From: Acidobacteria bacterium UBA2999
GTDB taxonomy: Bacteria > Acidobacteriota > Vicinamibacteria > Vicinamibacterales > UBA2999
NCBI GenBank assembly: GCA_002346475.1
Contig: DDZV01000026.1
Coordinates: forward strand, 8-64,007
Reading direction: 5' to 3'
Length of the DNA: 64,000 bases
The position numbers and the translations under genes were made by a program. This document shows positions 31,960 through 41,903 of this stretch, piece after piece. Numbering within the stretch: the first letter of the stretch is position 1; every line of letters starts with the position of its first letter. Under the pieces are notes generated by a model that saw nothing but the letters and a program-made list of their open reading frames with translations, made no database searches and was not told the origin of the DNA.

Positions 31960-33795
31960 ATGAAAAAGAAAAAGAAAGTAACTCTTTCAGCTGTTTGGAG
32001 TGAGGCCAGAAACCTTGTCTGGGTATATCGACGGCGTCTCATGCTTGGTCTTATTCTGATGCTGATAGGTCGAGTTTCCGGCCTCGTGTTGCCTGGGACA
32101 TCTAAGTATTTAATTGATGATGTTATAGGTAACAACCGAACAGAGTTGCTTGTACCGCTCGCAATTGCTGCTGGTGCAGCAACCATTGTACAAGCGATAA
32201 CAGCTTTTGCGCTTTCTCAGATTCTTGGTGTTGCAGCGCAGCGGGCAATTACTGACATGCGCAAACACGTGCAGGCACGGGTTATGCGACTTCCAGTACG
32301 GTACTTTGATTCAACACAGACTGGTGTACTGATTTCTCGAATTATGACGGACGCTGAAGGAATTCGGAACCTCGTCGGCACTGGTCTTGTGCAACTAGTT
32401 GGGGGCCTAGTGACAGCGGTGCTAGGTCTTGGCGTATTGTTTTGGCTTAATTGGGAACTTACCACTATCACAATTGTTGTACTTGGTGTATTTGGTGCAG
32501 GAATGGCTTATGCGTTTAACACACTACGGCCATTGTTTCGTGAACGGGGAAAGATTACAGCTGATGTGACTGGACGGCTCACTGAAGCGCTAGGTGGTAT
32601 CCGCGTTGTTAAATCTTATACGGCTGAAAAGCGTGAAGAGATTATCTTTGCTAAAGGGGCCCATCGTCTATTAAGAAACATTGCGAAATCTATGACTGGA
32701 GTCTCGGCTACAACTGCAGGCGGTACGGCTATCGTGGGTCTCATCGGGATGCTGATGCTTGTATTTGGCGGGCAAGCCATTATTAATGGTGAGATGACGT
32801 TAGGCGATCTTGTCATGTACATATTTTTCATCGGTCTTGTTTCTGCACCGCTGATTGGAATTGCTCAAATTGGCACTCAGATCACTGAGGCGTTTGCTGG
32901 ACTTGACCGCATTCGTGAAATTTTAGATATGCGTACGGAAATGGATGATGATGTTGGCCGTACTCCGATCGGAAGATTAGAAGGGAATGTTGAATTTGAC
33001 CATGTCTGGTTCGAGTACAACCCTGGACAACCGGTCCTGAAGGAGGTTTCATTCCATGCGCCTGCTGGAACAACAACGGCCTTGGTTGGTTCAAGCGGTT
33101 CCGGAAAGAGCACTCTTATAAGTCTTGTTATGGCTTTTAATCGTCCTGGTCGTGGGCGCGTGCTTATTGATGGAAACGACCTTGCCTCTGTCCAATTGGG
33201 TGATTATCGGGAACAGACAGCCTCCGTATTACAAGAAAATTTTCTTTTTGATGGAACCATTGCTGAAAATATTGCTTATGCACGGCCTAATGCTTCAATG
33301 GATCAAATTCGACAAGCTTGCCAGATTGCACACTGTGAGGAGTTTATTCTTCAATTTCCAAACGAGTACAGCACTATTGTTGGAGAGCGTGGCATTAAGT
33401 TGTCTGGAGGACAGCGCCAACGCGTTTCAATTGCACGAGCTGTTTTGTCTGACCCTCGTATTTTGATTCTAGACGAAGCTACATCCAGTCTAGACAGCGA
33501 AAGCGAGCAAATGATTCAAGATGGCCTCCGGCAACTCCGTTCTGGCCGCACGACCTTCGTAATTGCACACCGTCTTTCTACCATTCGCAGTGCGGATCAG
33601 ATTCTTGTACTTGAGGAAGGGAAAATTATTGAAAGTGGAAACCATGAAGCCTTGCTTGCTCTTGGTGGTCGGTATCGCCAGTTGTACGACAAACAGTATC
33701 GCTTCGAAACGAACCAATTCATCAATCCTGGTGAGGATTTTACTCAAGAACAAACAAAGGTTGCAGTTACTACTCGTACGAATAATGCTCTGTGA
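31960..33795 (+). CDS. ABC transporter, fused permease/ATPase (MsbA/exporter type)
   Basis: 611 aa. Six-helix exporter-type membrane domain plus an NBD with GSSGSGKST, LSGGQRQRVSIARA and LILDEATS. Confidence 0.9.
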   Translation: MKKKKKVTLSAVWSEARNLVWVYRRRLMLGLILMLIGRVSGLVLPGTSKYLIDDVIGNNRTELLVPLAIAAGAATIVQAITAFALSQILGVAAQRAITDMRKHVQARVMRLPVRYFDSTQTGVLISRIMTDAEGIRNLVGTGLVQLVGGLVTAVLGLGVLFWLNWELTTITIVVLGVFGAGMAYAFNTLRPLFRERGKITADVTGRLTEALGGIRVVKSYTAEKREEIIFAKGAHRLLRNIAKSMTGVSATTAGGTAIVGLIGMLMLVFGGQAIINGEMTLGDLVMYIFFIGLVSAPLIGIAQIGTQITEAFAGLDRIREILDMRTEMDDDVGRTPIGRLEGNVEFDHVWFEYNPGQPVLKEVSFHAPAGTTTALVGSSGSGKSTLISLVMAFNRPGRGRVLIDGNDLASVQLGDYREQTASVLQENFLFDGTIAENIAYARPNASMDQIRQACQIAHCEEFILQFPNEYSTIVGERGIKLSGGQRQRVSIARAVLSDPRILILDEATSSLDSESEQMIQDGLRQLRSGRTTFVIAHRLSTIRSADQILVLEEGKIIESGNHEALLALGGRYRQLYDKQYRFETNQFINPGEDFTQEQTKVAVTTRTNNAL

Positions 33796-33889
33796 GAGCT
33801 TTCTCAGAAGTAGAAAGGTTGCTGTCTACTCCTGATATCTAACGCGACGAAGTTTAGATGTCTATTTTGTAGCTATTGATTGATCTGAT

Positions 33890-34885
33890 ATGGAATACGT
33901 GAAATTTGGAAGGACTGGCTTAAAAGTGTCCAGACTTTGTTTGGGATGTATGAGCTATGGAACATCAGCGTGGAGGCCTTGGGTTCTTGATGAAGCTCAA
34001 AGTTATAAATGTTTTCAGACTGCCTTTGAGTTAGGTTTTAACTTTTTTGACACAGCAGATATGTACTCACGTGGCGTGAGTGAAGAAGTGACTGGTCGAG
34101 CAGTTAGAGAATATTCATCTCGCGATCAAACGATTATTGCTACAAAGGCCTACTATCCTACGGGTGATGGCCCTAACGATCGAGGGCTTTCTCGCAAACA
34201 TTTATTTGATGCGATAGATAGCTCCCTCCGTCGTCTTGGAACTGATTACATCGATTTATTTCAGATACATCGTTGGGATTCAGAAACACCGATAGAGGAA
34301 ACTTTACGGGCTCTTGACGATATTGTTAGCAGTGGAAAAGCTCGGTATGTTGGAGCATCAAGTTGCTATTCGTGGCAGTTTGCTCAAGCTCTTGCTATGG
34401 CAGATCAACGTGGCTGGGCTCGGTTTGATTCAATGCAGAATCATTACAACCTTGTATATCGCGAGGAAGAACGAGAAATGATTCCGCTTTGTCGTGCTGA
34501 AGAAATAGCCATTATTCCCTGGAGTCCATTAGCAAGAGGCTTACTAGCCAGGCCCCAAAAACAAAGTGCTACTGTCGACACCTTACGTTCAAAAACAGAC
34601 GATCTAGCTCAGAAGTTTTACACTCAGAGCAGCGATTTTGAGATTGTTGCACGGTGTCATCAAGTAGCCGAACAACGAGGTGTGGCATCAGCGCAAATTG
34701 CTCTTGCATGGTTGCTTTGCCAGCCAGGTGTTACTGCTCCTATTGTTGGTGCAACGCAACCGGGACAAATTAAGGAAATGGCCGGTGCTCTTGATATTCA
34801 GCTTGACGAAACTGAATGTAAGTTCTTAGAAGAAAAGTATCAGCCACATGCTGTTGTCGGCATGAGAGCTGGATTGCCTCGCTAA
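33890..34885 (+). CDS. Aldo/keto reductase
   Basis: 331 aa. GLKVSRLCLGCMSYG, FFDTADMYS, IDLFQIHRWD and YVGASSC are typical of AKR family members. Confidence 0.9.
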   Translation: MEYVKFGRTGLKVSRLCLGCMSYGTSAWRPWVLDEAQSYKCFQTAFELGFNFFDTADMYSRGVSEEVTGRAVREYSSRDQTIIATKAYYPTGDGPNDRGLSRKHLFDAIDSSLRRLGTDYIDLFQIHRWDSETPIEETLRALDDIVSSGKARYVGASSCYSWQFAQALAMADQRGWARFDSMQNHYNLVYREEEREMIPLCRAEEIAIIPWSPLARGLLARPQKQSATVDTLRSKTDDLAQKFYTQSSDFEIVARCHQVAEQRGVASAQIALAWLLCQPGVTAPIVGATQPGQIKEMAGALDIQLDETECKFLEEKYQPHAVVGMRAGLPR

Positions 34886-34925
34886 AGCCAGCCTGTTGAT
34901 CCGAGTAATTTTGGGTTCATACGAT

Positions 34926-35519
34926 CTAGGCCTGGGTCACATTCCTTCGACTAGTGTGGGATCGGAGTACATCGACTGTTAAATGTTTACTTAGATAGAC
35001 TTTTGAGTTTCTGTTGTCAACAGGATGTCGTTCGTATTTGATGACGTTAAATTCAAGCTGGTCGAGTGTTCCACGCATATCGTAAGAGTGGTTTTTGGTT
35101 TTGACTAGAACTTCATGAAAACCAACTGCATGAGCCCATTCTTCTGATTGTTCAGTTAGCGCTCGAAAATGTCCTTGCCCCCTCCAATCTGTGCGCGTGC
35201 CTCCGAGCCAATTATAAAGAACTCTACGTTCATCAAAGGACACAACATCCTGCACACGCTCTACTAGGTCTATGAGCTTAGGGTCTTTTTCTTTGGCATG
35301 TAATTCGTGCACGACTTTATAAGAGACAGGCACGACAGTTTCTGTTGTATCAGTAGTGAGATTTGACTCAGCCATCAAAATAAGAAACTCTCGGTTTTTC
35401 AGGCGATCAATAATTTCAGCTGCAGTTTTCTTAAGAGGGAACTCGCCGAAGTATTCCTCTATATATTGGATTTCGAGGGCTCCACTTTCGAGCGAATACT
35501 GTTTAATGAGGTATTCCAC
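34926..35519 (-). CDS. GNAT-like acetyltransferase-fold protein (weak), third gene of the sahR-metH transcription unit
   Basis: 197 aa. WLGGTRTDWRGQGHFRALTEQSEEWAHAVGFHEVLVKTKN resembles the GNAT beta4-alpha3 acetyl-CoA motif (R/Q-x-x-G-x-G/A). Starts 59 nt after the metH stop, on the same strand. Confidence 0.5.
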   Translation of the reverse strand: MEYLIKQYSLESGALEIQYIEEYFGEFPLKKTAAEIIDRLKNREFLILMAESNLTTDTTETVVPVSYKVVHELHAKEKDPKLIDLVERVQDVVSFDERRVLYNWLGGTRTDWRGQGHFRALTEQSEEWAHAVGFHEVLVKTKNHSYDMRGTLDQLEFNVIKYERHPVDNRNSKVYLSKHLTVDVLRSHTSRRNVTQA

Positions 35520-35578
35520 TTTTTAAAGAATTAAATAGTTAGACAATAGTTATAGAGCTTTCGCTGAGTTACTACAAC

Positions 35579-38500
35579 CTATGGTTCGTAGCTTAAGTTT
35601 GGTGTTAGCCACTTTTCAGTTTTAGTTATAGACCAGCCCTTTCGTTTTGCATAATTTTCCACCTGATCTCGGCCGATTCGACCAACTGTAAAATATTTGG
35701 CTTCTGGATGAGAAAGATAGAGTCCACTTACTGATGCCGCTGGAGACATCGCACAGGACTCTGTAAGGGTAATGCCAAACTGCTCAGCATTTAGAAGCGA
35801 AAAAAGTGTTTGTTTCTCACTGTGGTCTGGACAAGCTGGATAACCAAAAGCTGGGCGTATACCTCGATAACGTTCTTCGATGAGATCTTCTGGTGTTGAT
35901 TCTTTTCCAGTTTCGTATCCCCATGACTGGCGAGCAGACTGATGCAGGTATTCTGCGAAGGCTTCTGCCATACGATCAGCCAAGGCTTTTACGAGAATAG
36001 CATTGTAGTCATCATTCTCAAGTTCGAACTGTTCTACAAGGTCTTCAACACCGATACCAGCAGTGACTGCGAAGGCGCCCACATAGTCAGTAAGTCCACT
36101 ATCCAGTGGCGCAACAAAGTCAACCAATGAGCGATTTGATTGATTCTTACCCTGGCTTTGCTGTTGTCGGAGCATATGAAATCTTGTTAATTCTTGCGAC
36201 AGCTTTGTGTTTAGAGATGATCCAGTTTTATTTAGCTTTGCGTCCTTTGGCACTTGATAAAGCAGGATGTCTTCACCGTCACTATTTGCTGGCCAGAAAC
36301 CGTAAACGCCACGAGCCGTGATTAAGTCTTCGCGAATAATCTTTTCAAGTAACTGTTGTCCATTTTTATAAAGTTCTTGTGCGGCAGTTCCATACTTTTG
36401 GTGTTTTAGAATAGCTGGGAACCGACCTTTCAATTCCCATGCGGCAAAGAATAGTGTCCAGTCTATGAAGGGCACGAGCTTTTCTAGAGAGACTTTTACA
36501 GGCCTTGGTCCAGTGAATGATGGAGTGGCAATAACTTCTGGTTGCCATTGCAGGTCTAAACGCTTTTTCAGCGTATCGGCATAGGGTAGTAAGGGGTTCT
36601 GTTTTAGTGCACTGTGCTGGTTTCGAAGGCGTGCATGCTTAGCCTCGTTTTTTGCTTCAAAAGATTTCTTTCGTGTTTGAGTTAGGAGGCCCGATACTAC
36701 ATCAACAGCGCGTGATGCATCCAGGACATGTACAACAGGGAGATCGTATTCTGGAGCAATTTTAACTGCTGTATGCAAAGGGCTAGTTGTCGCACCACCA
36801 ATTAAGAGTGGAGTGCGAAAGCCACGACGTTTCATCTCACGAGCAACAAATACCATCTCATCAAGCGATGGCGTGATCAAACCGCTGAGTCCTATTAGGT
36901 CGACGTTTTCTTCGATAGCCTTCTGCAGAATTGTATCGGCTGGCACCATTACACCGAGGTCAATGACTTGATAGTTATTGCAGCCAAGTACAACACCTAC
37001 AATATTTTTTCCGATGTCATGCACATCTCCTTTGACCGTAGCCATCAGAATTGTAGGTTTTTTTTCAGCTTCTTTTGAGTGTTGTTTCTCTCTTTCCATG
37101 TATGGCAGGAGGTACGCGACACCTTTTTTCATTACTCTGGCACTTTTTACAACTTGTGGAAGGAACATCTTACCGGCACCAAAGAGGTCTCCAACGATTT
37201 TCATTCCGTCCATTAGAGGCCCTTCGATTACATCCAGAGGGCGCGACAGTGTTTGTCTGGCTTCTTCTACGTCATCTTCAACGAAGTCTACAATTCCATG
37301 AATTAGGGCATGGGATAGGCGCTCACTTACTGTGCCTTTACGCCACGTGAGGTCAGCTACTTGCTTAGTTCCATCACCTTTCACTGTGTCAGCGAATTGC
37401 ACAAGACGTTCAGTTGCATCGGGACGTCTATTGAAAATAATGTCTTCAACATGTGTAAGTAGTTCTTTTTGAATATCTTCGTACACAACAAGTTGGCCAG
37501 CGTTGACGATCCCCATATCTAGACCTGCCTTAATAGCGTGATAGAGAAATGCGGAATGGATAGCCTCTCGAACAATATTGTTTCCACGGAAGGAGAAAGA
37601 AAGATTGCTAATACCACCACTAATCTTTATGCCTGGGCATGTTTTCTTAAGGATGCGTGTCGCCTCAATAAAGTTCACGGCGTAGTCCTGGTGTTCCTCT
37701 AGTCCAGTAGCAATCGCTAAGATGTTAGGGTCGAAGATAATGTCTGTTGGTTCAAAATTAGCTTCTTTCGTTAATAATTTATAGGCTCTTTGGCAGATTT
37801 CTACTTTTCGTTTGACTGTGTCTGCTTGTCCTTGTTCGTCGAAGGCCATGACTACAGTGCCAGCACCGTAACGTTGGATTATGGATGCTTTTCGAAGGAA
37901 GTCCTCTTCGCCTTCCTTTAGACTAATTGAATTGACAATCGCCTTACCTTGAACACACTTGAGACCAGCTTCGAGGACAGACCATTTTGAACTGTCGATC
38001 ATTATAGGAATGCGAGAAATCTCTGGTTCCGTTGAGATTAAGTTGAGGAAGGTTGTCATAGCATGCTCAGAATCAAGCATGCCTTCATCCATATTAACGT
38101 CTAAGATATTGGCACCTCCTCGAACTTGTTCTAATGCAATGTTCGTTGCCTCCGTATAGTCTCCAGCACTTATCAGGCGTGCGAAACGTTTAGATCCAGT
38201 AACGTTGGTCCGTTCACCAATCATGATGAAATTGCTATCTGGTCTGATTGCGAGAGTTTCTAGGCCTGAGAACTTCGTTAAACGCAAGTCACTTGCTACT
38301 ATTTTTTTGTGTTGAGATGTCCTGTTCGCAGTTAATCCGTTTGGTATCTGGCGTGGCCTAGGATTCACATTAGTTAAGGCTTTTCCAAGAGCTCTAATAT
38401 GTTCTGGTGTTGTTCCGCAGCAACCACCAAGGATATTGACCAAGCCGCTTTCCCCGAAGCCTTGCAATAGTTGTGAAGTTTTTTCTGGAAGTTCATCGTA

Positions 38501-39346
38501 TTCCCCAAAGGCATTTGGAAGGCCAGCATTCGGATAGCAAGTTACGTAACTTTCACTGATCCGAGCAAGCTCACTCAACCAAGGGCGCATTTCATTGGCA
38601 CCAAGGGCGCAATTTAAGCCAATGCTGAATGGCTTAACGTGTCGCACTGACTCATAAAATGCATCTAGAGTCTGTCCAGAGAGTGTGCGACCACTACGAT
38701 CTGTGATCGTTACCGATACCATCAGTGGAAGTTTTGTACCAGTTTTATCAAATGCTTCTTGTGTAGCTAGAAAAGCAGCCTTCGCATTTAGGGTGTCAAA
38801 TATTGTTTCAATGAGTAGAAGATCGCAGCCACCATGGATAAGTCCGAGAATTTGGTCGTAGTACGCTAGCTTCACTTCGTCGAACGTTGTTGATCGTAAG
38901 GACGGGTTATTAATATCAGGAGAAATTGAAAGCGAGCGATTGGTTGGTCCAATTGATCCAGCGACAAAGCGAGGCTGTTCTGGTGTGCGAAGTGTCCAGG
39001 TTTTTGCAGCAGTTTTAGCAAGTTGTGCCCCTGCAACATTAAGTTCGTACGAGAATTGCTCAAGTTGGTAGTCGGATTGTGAAATAGCATTAGAGTTGAA
39101 TGTGTTTGTTTCAACAATGTCTGCTCCCGCTTCAAAATATTCGTCATGAATTTTTTCGATAGTTGAAGGGCGAGTAAGTACCAGCAGGTCGTTGTTGCCT
39201 TTGAGATTGCATGTATGGTTACGGAAACGCTCGCCTCGGAAGTCAGCTTCGTTTAGTTGGCAACGCTGAATCATTGTCCCCATTGCACCATCGAGTACAA
39301 GAATTCGCTTCGCTAAGAGTGAATGCAACTGGTCAGTGACGTTCAC
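35579..39346 (-). CDS. metH: Cobalamin-dependent methionine synthase
   Basis: ORF track gives 35579..39427, but its first 27 codons overlap the upstream gene. The GTG at 39346 (GGGAG upstream) gives [27 protein letters not shown], which aligns with the usual MetH N-terminus. All domains are present, including the B12 motif [11 protein letters not shown] and the C-terminal activation domain. Confidence 0.95.
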   Translation of the reverse strand: MNVTDQLHSLLAKRILVLDGAMGTMIQRCQLNEADFRGERFRNHTCNLKGNNDLLVLTRPSTIEKIHDEYFEAGADIVETNTFNSNAISQSDYQLEQFSYELNVAGAQLAKTAAKTWTLRTPEQPRFVAGSIGPTNRSLSISPDINNPSLRSTTFDEVKLAYYDQILGLIHGGCDLLLIETIFDTLNAKAAFLATQEAFDKTGTKLPLMVSVTITDRSGRTLSGQTLDAFYESVRHVKPFSIGLNCALGANEMRPWLSELARISESYVTCYPNAGLPNAFGEYDELPEKTSQLLQGFGESGLVNILGGCCGTTPEHIRALGKALTNVNPRPRQIPNGLTANRTSQHKKIVASDLRLTKFSGLETLAIRPDSNFIMIGERTNVTGSKRFARLISAGDYTEATNIALEQVRGGANILDVNMDEGMLDSEHAMTTFLNLISTEPEISRIPIMIDSSKWSVLEAGLKCVQGKAIVNSISLKEGEEDFLRKASIIQRYGAGTVVMAFDEQGQADTVKRKVEICQRAYKLLTKEANFEPTDIIFDPNILAIATGLEEHQDYAVNFIEATRILKKTCPGIKISGGISNLSFSFRGNNIVREAIHSAFLYHAIKAGLDMGIVNAGQLVVYEDIQKELLTHVEDIIFNRRPDATERLVQFADTVKGDGTKQVADLTWRKGTVSERLSHALIHGIVDFVEDDVEEARQTLSRPLDVIEGPLMDGMKIVGDLFGAGKMFLPQVVKSARVMKKGVAYLLPYMEREKQHSKEAEKKPTILMATVKGDVHDIGKNIVGVVLGCNNYQVIDLGVMVPADTILQKAIEENVDLIGLSGLITPSLDEMVFVAREMKRRGFRTPLLIGGATTSPLHTAVKIAPEYDLPVVHVLDASRAVDVVSGLLTQTRKKSFEAKNEAKHARLRNQHSALKQNPLLPYADTLKKRLDLQWQPEVIATPSFTGPRPVKVSLEKLVPFIDWTLFFAAWELKGRFPAILKHQKYGTAAQELYKNGQQLLEKIIREDLITARGVYGFWPANSDGEDILLYQVPKDAKLNKTGSSLNTKLSQELTRFHMLRQQQSQGKNQSNRSLVDFVAPLDSGLTDYVGAFAVTAGIGVEDLVEQFELENDDYNAILVKALADRMAEAFAEYLHQSARQSWGYETGKESTPEDLIEERYRGIRPAFGYPACPDHSEKQTLFSLLNAEQFGITLTESCAMSPAASVSGLYLSHPEAKYFTVGRIGRDQVENYAKRKGWSITKTEKWLTPNLSYEP

Positions 39347-39377
39347 GATGAGATGCTCCCTTACTTGATGACAACTT

Positions 39378-40334
39378 TTACGAGCGCTTTCTCTTATGTC
39401 TGACAGAGGAGTTGCCTGGACGTACACCTGATGCGATTAATACAGTAAATGGATCCCCTGTACGTTTAGCGCCAACACCAACTTTCACTTTTGAATAACC
39501 AGAAGATCGAAGTAGTTTCTCAAGGTTTCGATTAGAAAATCCCATTTGTGCGTCCCCAAATCTGTCGCGCACCCAGGTTTCCTCGTGTTCACGCAGGTCT
39601 AGAATTAAGACACGCCCGGTAGGTCGAAGCACTCGATATGCTTCCTGCAATGCCTGGCCTGGGTTATCAGTATGATGTAACGCTTGTGACAGCAGTGCTA
39701 CGTCAACGCTTTCGTTTGGAAGAGGGAGCTGTGCTAGGTCCCCTTTTTTCCAAAGAATATTTGAAACATTACGCCTTGTCATTAGTGCACGTGCCCGTCT
39801 GAGCACTTCGTCAGATCGATCGATACCAATAACCGTTTTTGCCCAGCGAGATGCTTCAAGTGCGAGGTAACCTTCTCCACAACCGATATCTACAACATCA
39901 AGTGGTGGTAATAAGTGCCCGAGGATGCGTGCCCAGGCAGCCCAGCTTCGGCCCGGTACAAGTTGCTTTGCGTCCCCATGAGTTTCAAAGTTTTCCTGGC
40001 GAATCCTAAGTACTTCTTGTAAGCGAGCATCGTCTGCACTAGTGCTACGGTCCTTGTTCACGGTAGCTAATTCAGCCTTTAGTGCTGGCCATAGAGTGGC
40101 ATTTCCGTTGCGATCATTTTCTGCAAGCCCGTAGTAGACATAGCCAGCTTCAGGTTCTTCGACAACTAGGCCAGCATCTTTTAGTAACCCAAGGTGTCGT
40201 GACACTCCAGACTGAGCAAGATCAAGAATCCCCGTTAATTCAGTAACGTTGAAACGATCATGCATAAGCACTCTAAGCAGTCGCAGGCGCGTAGAATTTC
40301 CCAGAAGCCTAAAAAGAGTAGAAGCTTGTTTCAT
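39378..40334 (-). CDS. sahR: ArsR-family wHTH fused to a SAM-methyltransferase-like domain (SahR-type methionine-cycle regulator)
   Basis: 318 aa. N-terminal ArsR HTH ([51 protein letters not shown]). C-terminal class I methyltransferase fold ([13 protein letters not shown]...[13 protein letters not shown]). Sits immediately upstream of metH. This domain architecture and context match the described SahR regulator. Confidence 0.78.
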   Translation of the reverse strand: MKQASTLFRLLGNSTRLRLLRVLMHDRFNVTELTGILDLAQSGVSRHLGLLKDAGLVVEEPEAGYVYYGLAENDRNGNATLWPALKAELATVNKDRSTSADDARLQEVLRIRQENFETHGDAKQLVPGRSWAAWARILGHLLPPLDVVDIGCGEGYLALEASRWAKTVIGIDRSDEVLRRARALMTRRNVSNILWKKGDLAQLPLPNESVDVALLSQALHHTDNPGQALQEAYRVLRPTGRVLILDLREHEETWVRDRFGDAQMGFSNRNLEKLLRSSGYSKVKVGVGAKRTGDPFTVLIASGVRPGNSSVRHKRKRS

Positions 40335-40364
40335 ATATCTATAAATCTACATATATAGATATAT
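40333..40364. promoter_or_regulatory. Perfect 11 bp inverted repeat abutting the sahR-like start codon (candidate operator)
   Basis: ATATATCTATA (40333-40343), 10 bp spacer, TATAGATATAT (40354-40364). The left arm overlaps the first two bases of the minus-strand ATG (40332-40334). No Shine-Dalgarno sequence is visible for this gene. Confidence 0.35.
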
Positions 40365-40430
40365 ATTTTCAAGTTTTGTTCGATTTATGGAATAGCTAAG
40401 TTGTGTCAAGCTCTGAAAATCTATTAACAT

Positions 40431-40594
40431 CCCGTTTCGTCTAAACGGACCTCAGACTCGAGTGTCCTGGGTGTCGGATACTCGTTCTCGTAGCCGGGGA
40501 TTTTTACCGTTCACTCACGAGAAGTTAAAAGTAGGCTGTCGCCATGAATGTGACTGCTTGATAATGGAAAGTCACACAAGGAGTTAACCGTAAG
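40431..40594 (+). promoter_or_regulatory. Long structured 5' leader of the glutamine synthetase gene (candidate cis-regulatory RNA)
   Basis: Possible promoter TTGTGT (40401-40406), 16 nt, TATTAA (40423-40428). Four clean hairpins follow: 40432-40437/40443-40448; 40459-40467/40476-40484; 40485-40491/40517-40523; 40549-40555/40570-40576. SD AAGGAG is at 40578-40583. Confidence 0.3.
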
Positions 40595-41605
40595 ATGACT
40601 AAAAAGCTAGAGTACATCTGGTTGGATGGTTACAAACCAACACAGAGCCTCCGTTCAAAAACAAGAATTGCAAAAGATTTTAGCGGCACGTTGGAAGAAT
40701 GTCCTATGTGGTCATTCGATGGCAGTTCCACTGAACAAGCTGCTGGCAACGATTCAGATTGTTTATTGAAACCGGTCGAAATTTTTCCTGACCCGTGCCG
40801 AAAGAACGGTTACTTGGTTATGACCGAAGTATTGAATGCAGACGGGACACCTCACGTATCAAACGGCCGTGCCACTATCGATGATGATGATGATGATTTT
40901 TGGTTTGGTTTTGAACAGGAATACTTCTTGTGGGATGTGAATACTCAACTACCGCCAGGTTTTCCAGAGCGCGGATACCCAGGACCGCAAGGCCCTTATT
41001 ATTGTTCTGTTGGTGCAAAGAATGCCTATGGTCGTCCGTGTGTTGACGAGCATCTAGACGCGTGCTTAGAGGCTGGCATCAATGTAGAAGGAATCAATGC
41101 TGAAGTTGCTTCTGGTCAGTGGGAGTTTCAAGTATTTGGTAAAGGCGCAAAACGTGCTGGTGATGAAACTTGGATCGCTCGCTATATTCTAGAACGCTGT
41201 GGTGAAAAATATGGCTACGCGATTGAATGGCATCCCAAACCACTTGGAGCGACAGACTGGAATGGTTCTGGCATGCACGCTAATTTCTCTAATGGAGCAA
41301 TGCGGAGTACGGGGAAGGAAGCCACTTTCACAAAAATTTGCGAGGCCTTTGGAAAACAGATACCTCGACATATTGATGTCTACGGTGCCGACAACGATCA
41401 GCGATTAACTGGTGCTCATGAAACAGAAGCACTTGACAAATTCAGTTATGGCATCTCCGATCGTGGTGCTTCTATTCGAATTCCTGTTGGAACCATTGAC
41501 GATGGTTGGAAGGGACGGCTTGAAGATCGCCGACCAGCATCGAACGCTGATCCATATAAGGTTGCTTCCGCCATAATCAAAACGGTCAAGGAGGCTGGTT
41601 TTTAG
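40595..41605 (+). CDS. glnII: Glutamine synthetase, type II-like (short form)
   Basis: 336 aa. FGFEQEYFLW, GPYYCSVGA, EVASGQWEFQV, NGSGMHANFS and RLTG.HET resemble GSII signatures rather than the dodecameric GSI. Confidence 0.85.
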   Translation: MTKKLEYIWLDGYKPTQSLRSKTRIAKDFSGTLEECPMWSFDGSSTEQAAGNDSDCLLKPVEIFPDPCRKNGYLVMTEVLNADGTPHVSNGRATIDDDDDDFWFGFEQEYFLWDVNTQLPPGFPERGYPGPQGPYYCSVGAKNAYGRPCVDEHLDACLEAGINVEGINAEVASGQWEFQVFGKGAKRAGDETWIARYILERCGEKYGYAIEWHPKPLGATDWNGSGMHANFSNGAMRSTGKEATFTKICEAFGKQIPRHIDVYGADNDQRLTGAHETEALDKFSYGISDRGASIRIPVGTIDDGWKGRLEDRRPASNADPYKVASAIIKTVKEAGF

Positions 41606-41700
41606 GTTAGTCAGAAAATCTTAGTAGAAACCGAGGAAAGCATGCTCAGCTAATAAAAATACTTCTGAGTTTTACTTTCTCTTTGGTAGTTAAGTGTTTA

Positions 41701-41738
41701 GCAGGTCTCTGAGTTGATCTCTTGGGCCTGCTTTTTTG
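41701..41738 (+). terminator. Rho-independent terminator of the glutamine synthetase gene
   Basis: Stem GCAGGTCT (41701-41708) / GGGCCTGC (41724-41731, two G-U pairs), followed directly by TTTTTT (41732-41737). Lies about 95 nt after the stop codon. Confidence 0.6.
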
Positions 41739-41903
41739 TTTCTCCTATAAATAAAACTAAAAACTAAGCATATTTACTTCTCTAAGATCCTTAACCAACT
41801 AAGGCTCCTTGGATGGTTGGTAGTTAGGCTATCAGTGGGACAGGGTTGGTCTTTAGTTGGTTCCGTCCTATTTTTTTGATATAACCCCATTTTCAATCAA
41901 ACA

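Noticed and set aside
39347-39427. N-terminal 27-codon extension of metH that overlaps the end of the sahR-like gene
   Set aside because: The extension ([27 protein letters not shown]) has no counterpart in MetH proteins. The GTG at 39346, with GGGAG upstream, reproduces the normal MetH N-terminus.
40500-40590. Possible canonical glutamine (glnA RNA) riboswitch upstream of glutamine synthetase, suggested by the CGTTCAC and AAGTAGG strings
   Set aside because: I could not find the 3' P1 strand (GGAACG-like) or the ACGGAAGUAGG core that I recall for the motif. The resemblance may be coincidental. I kept it only as a generic structured-leader finding, pending a covariance-model search.
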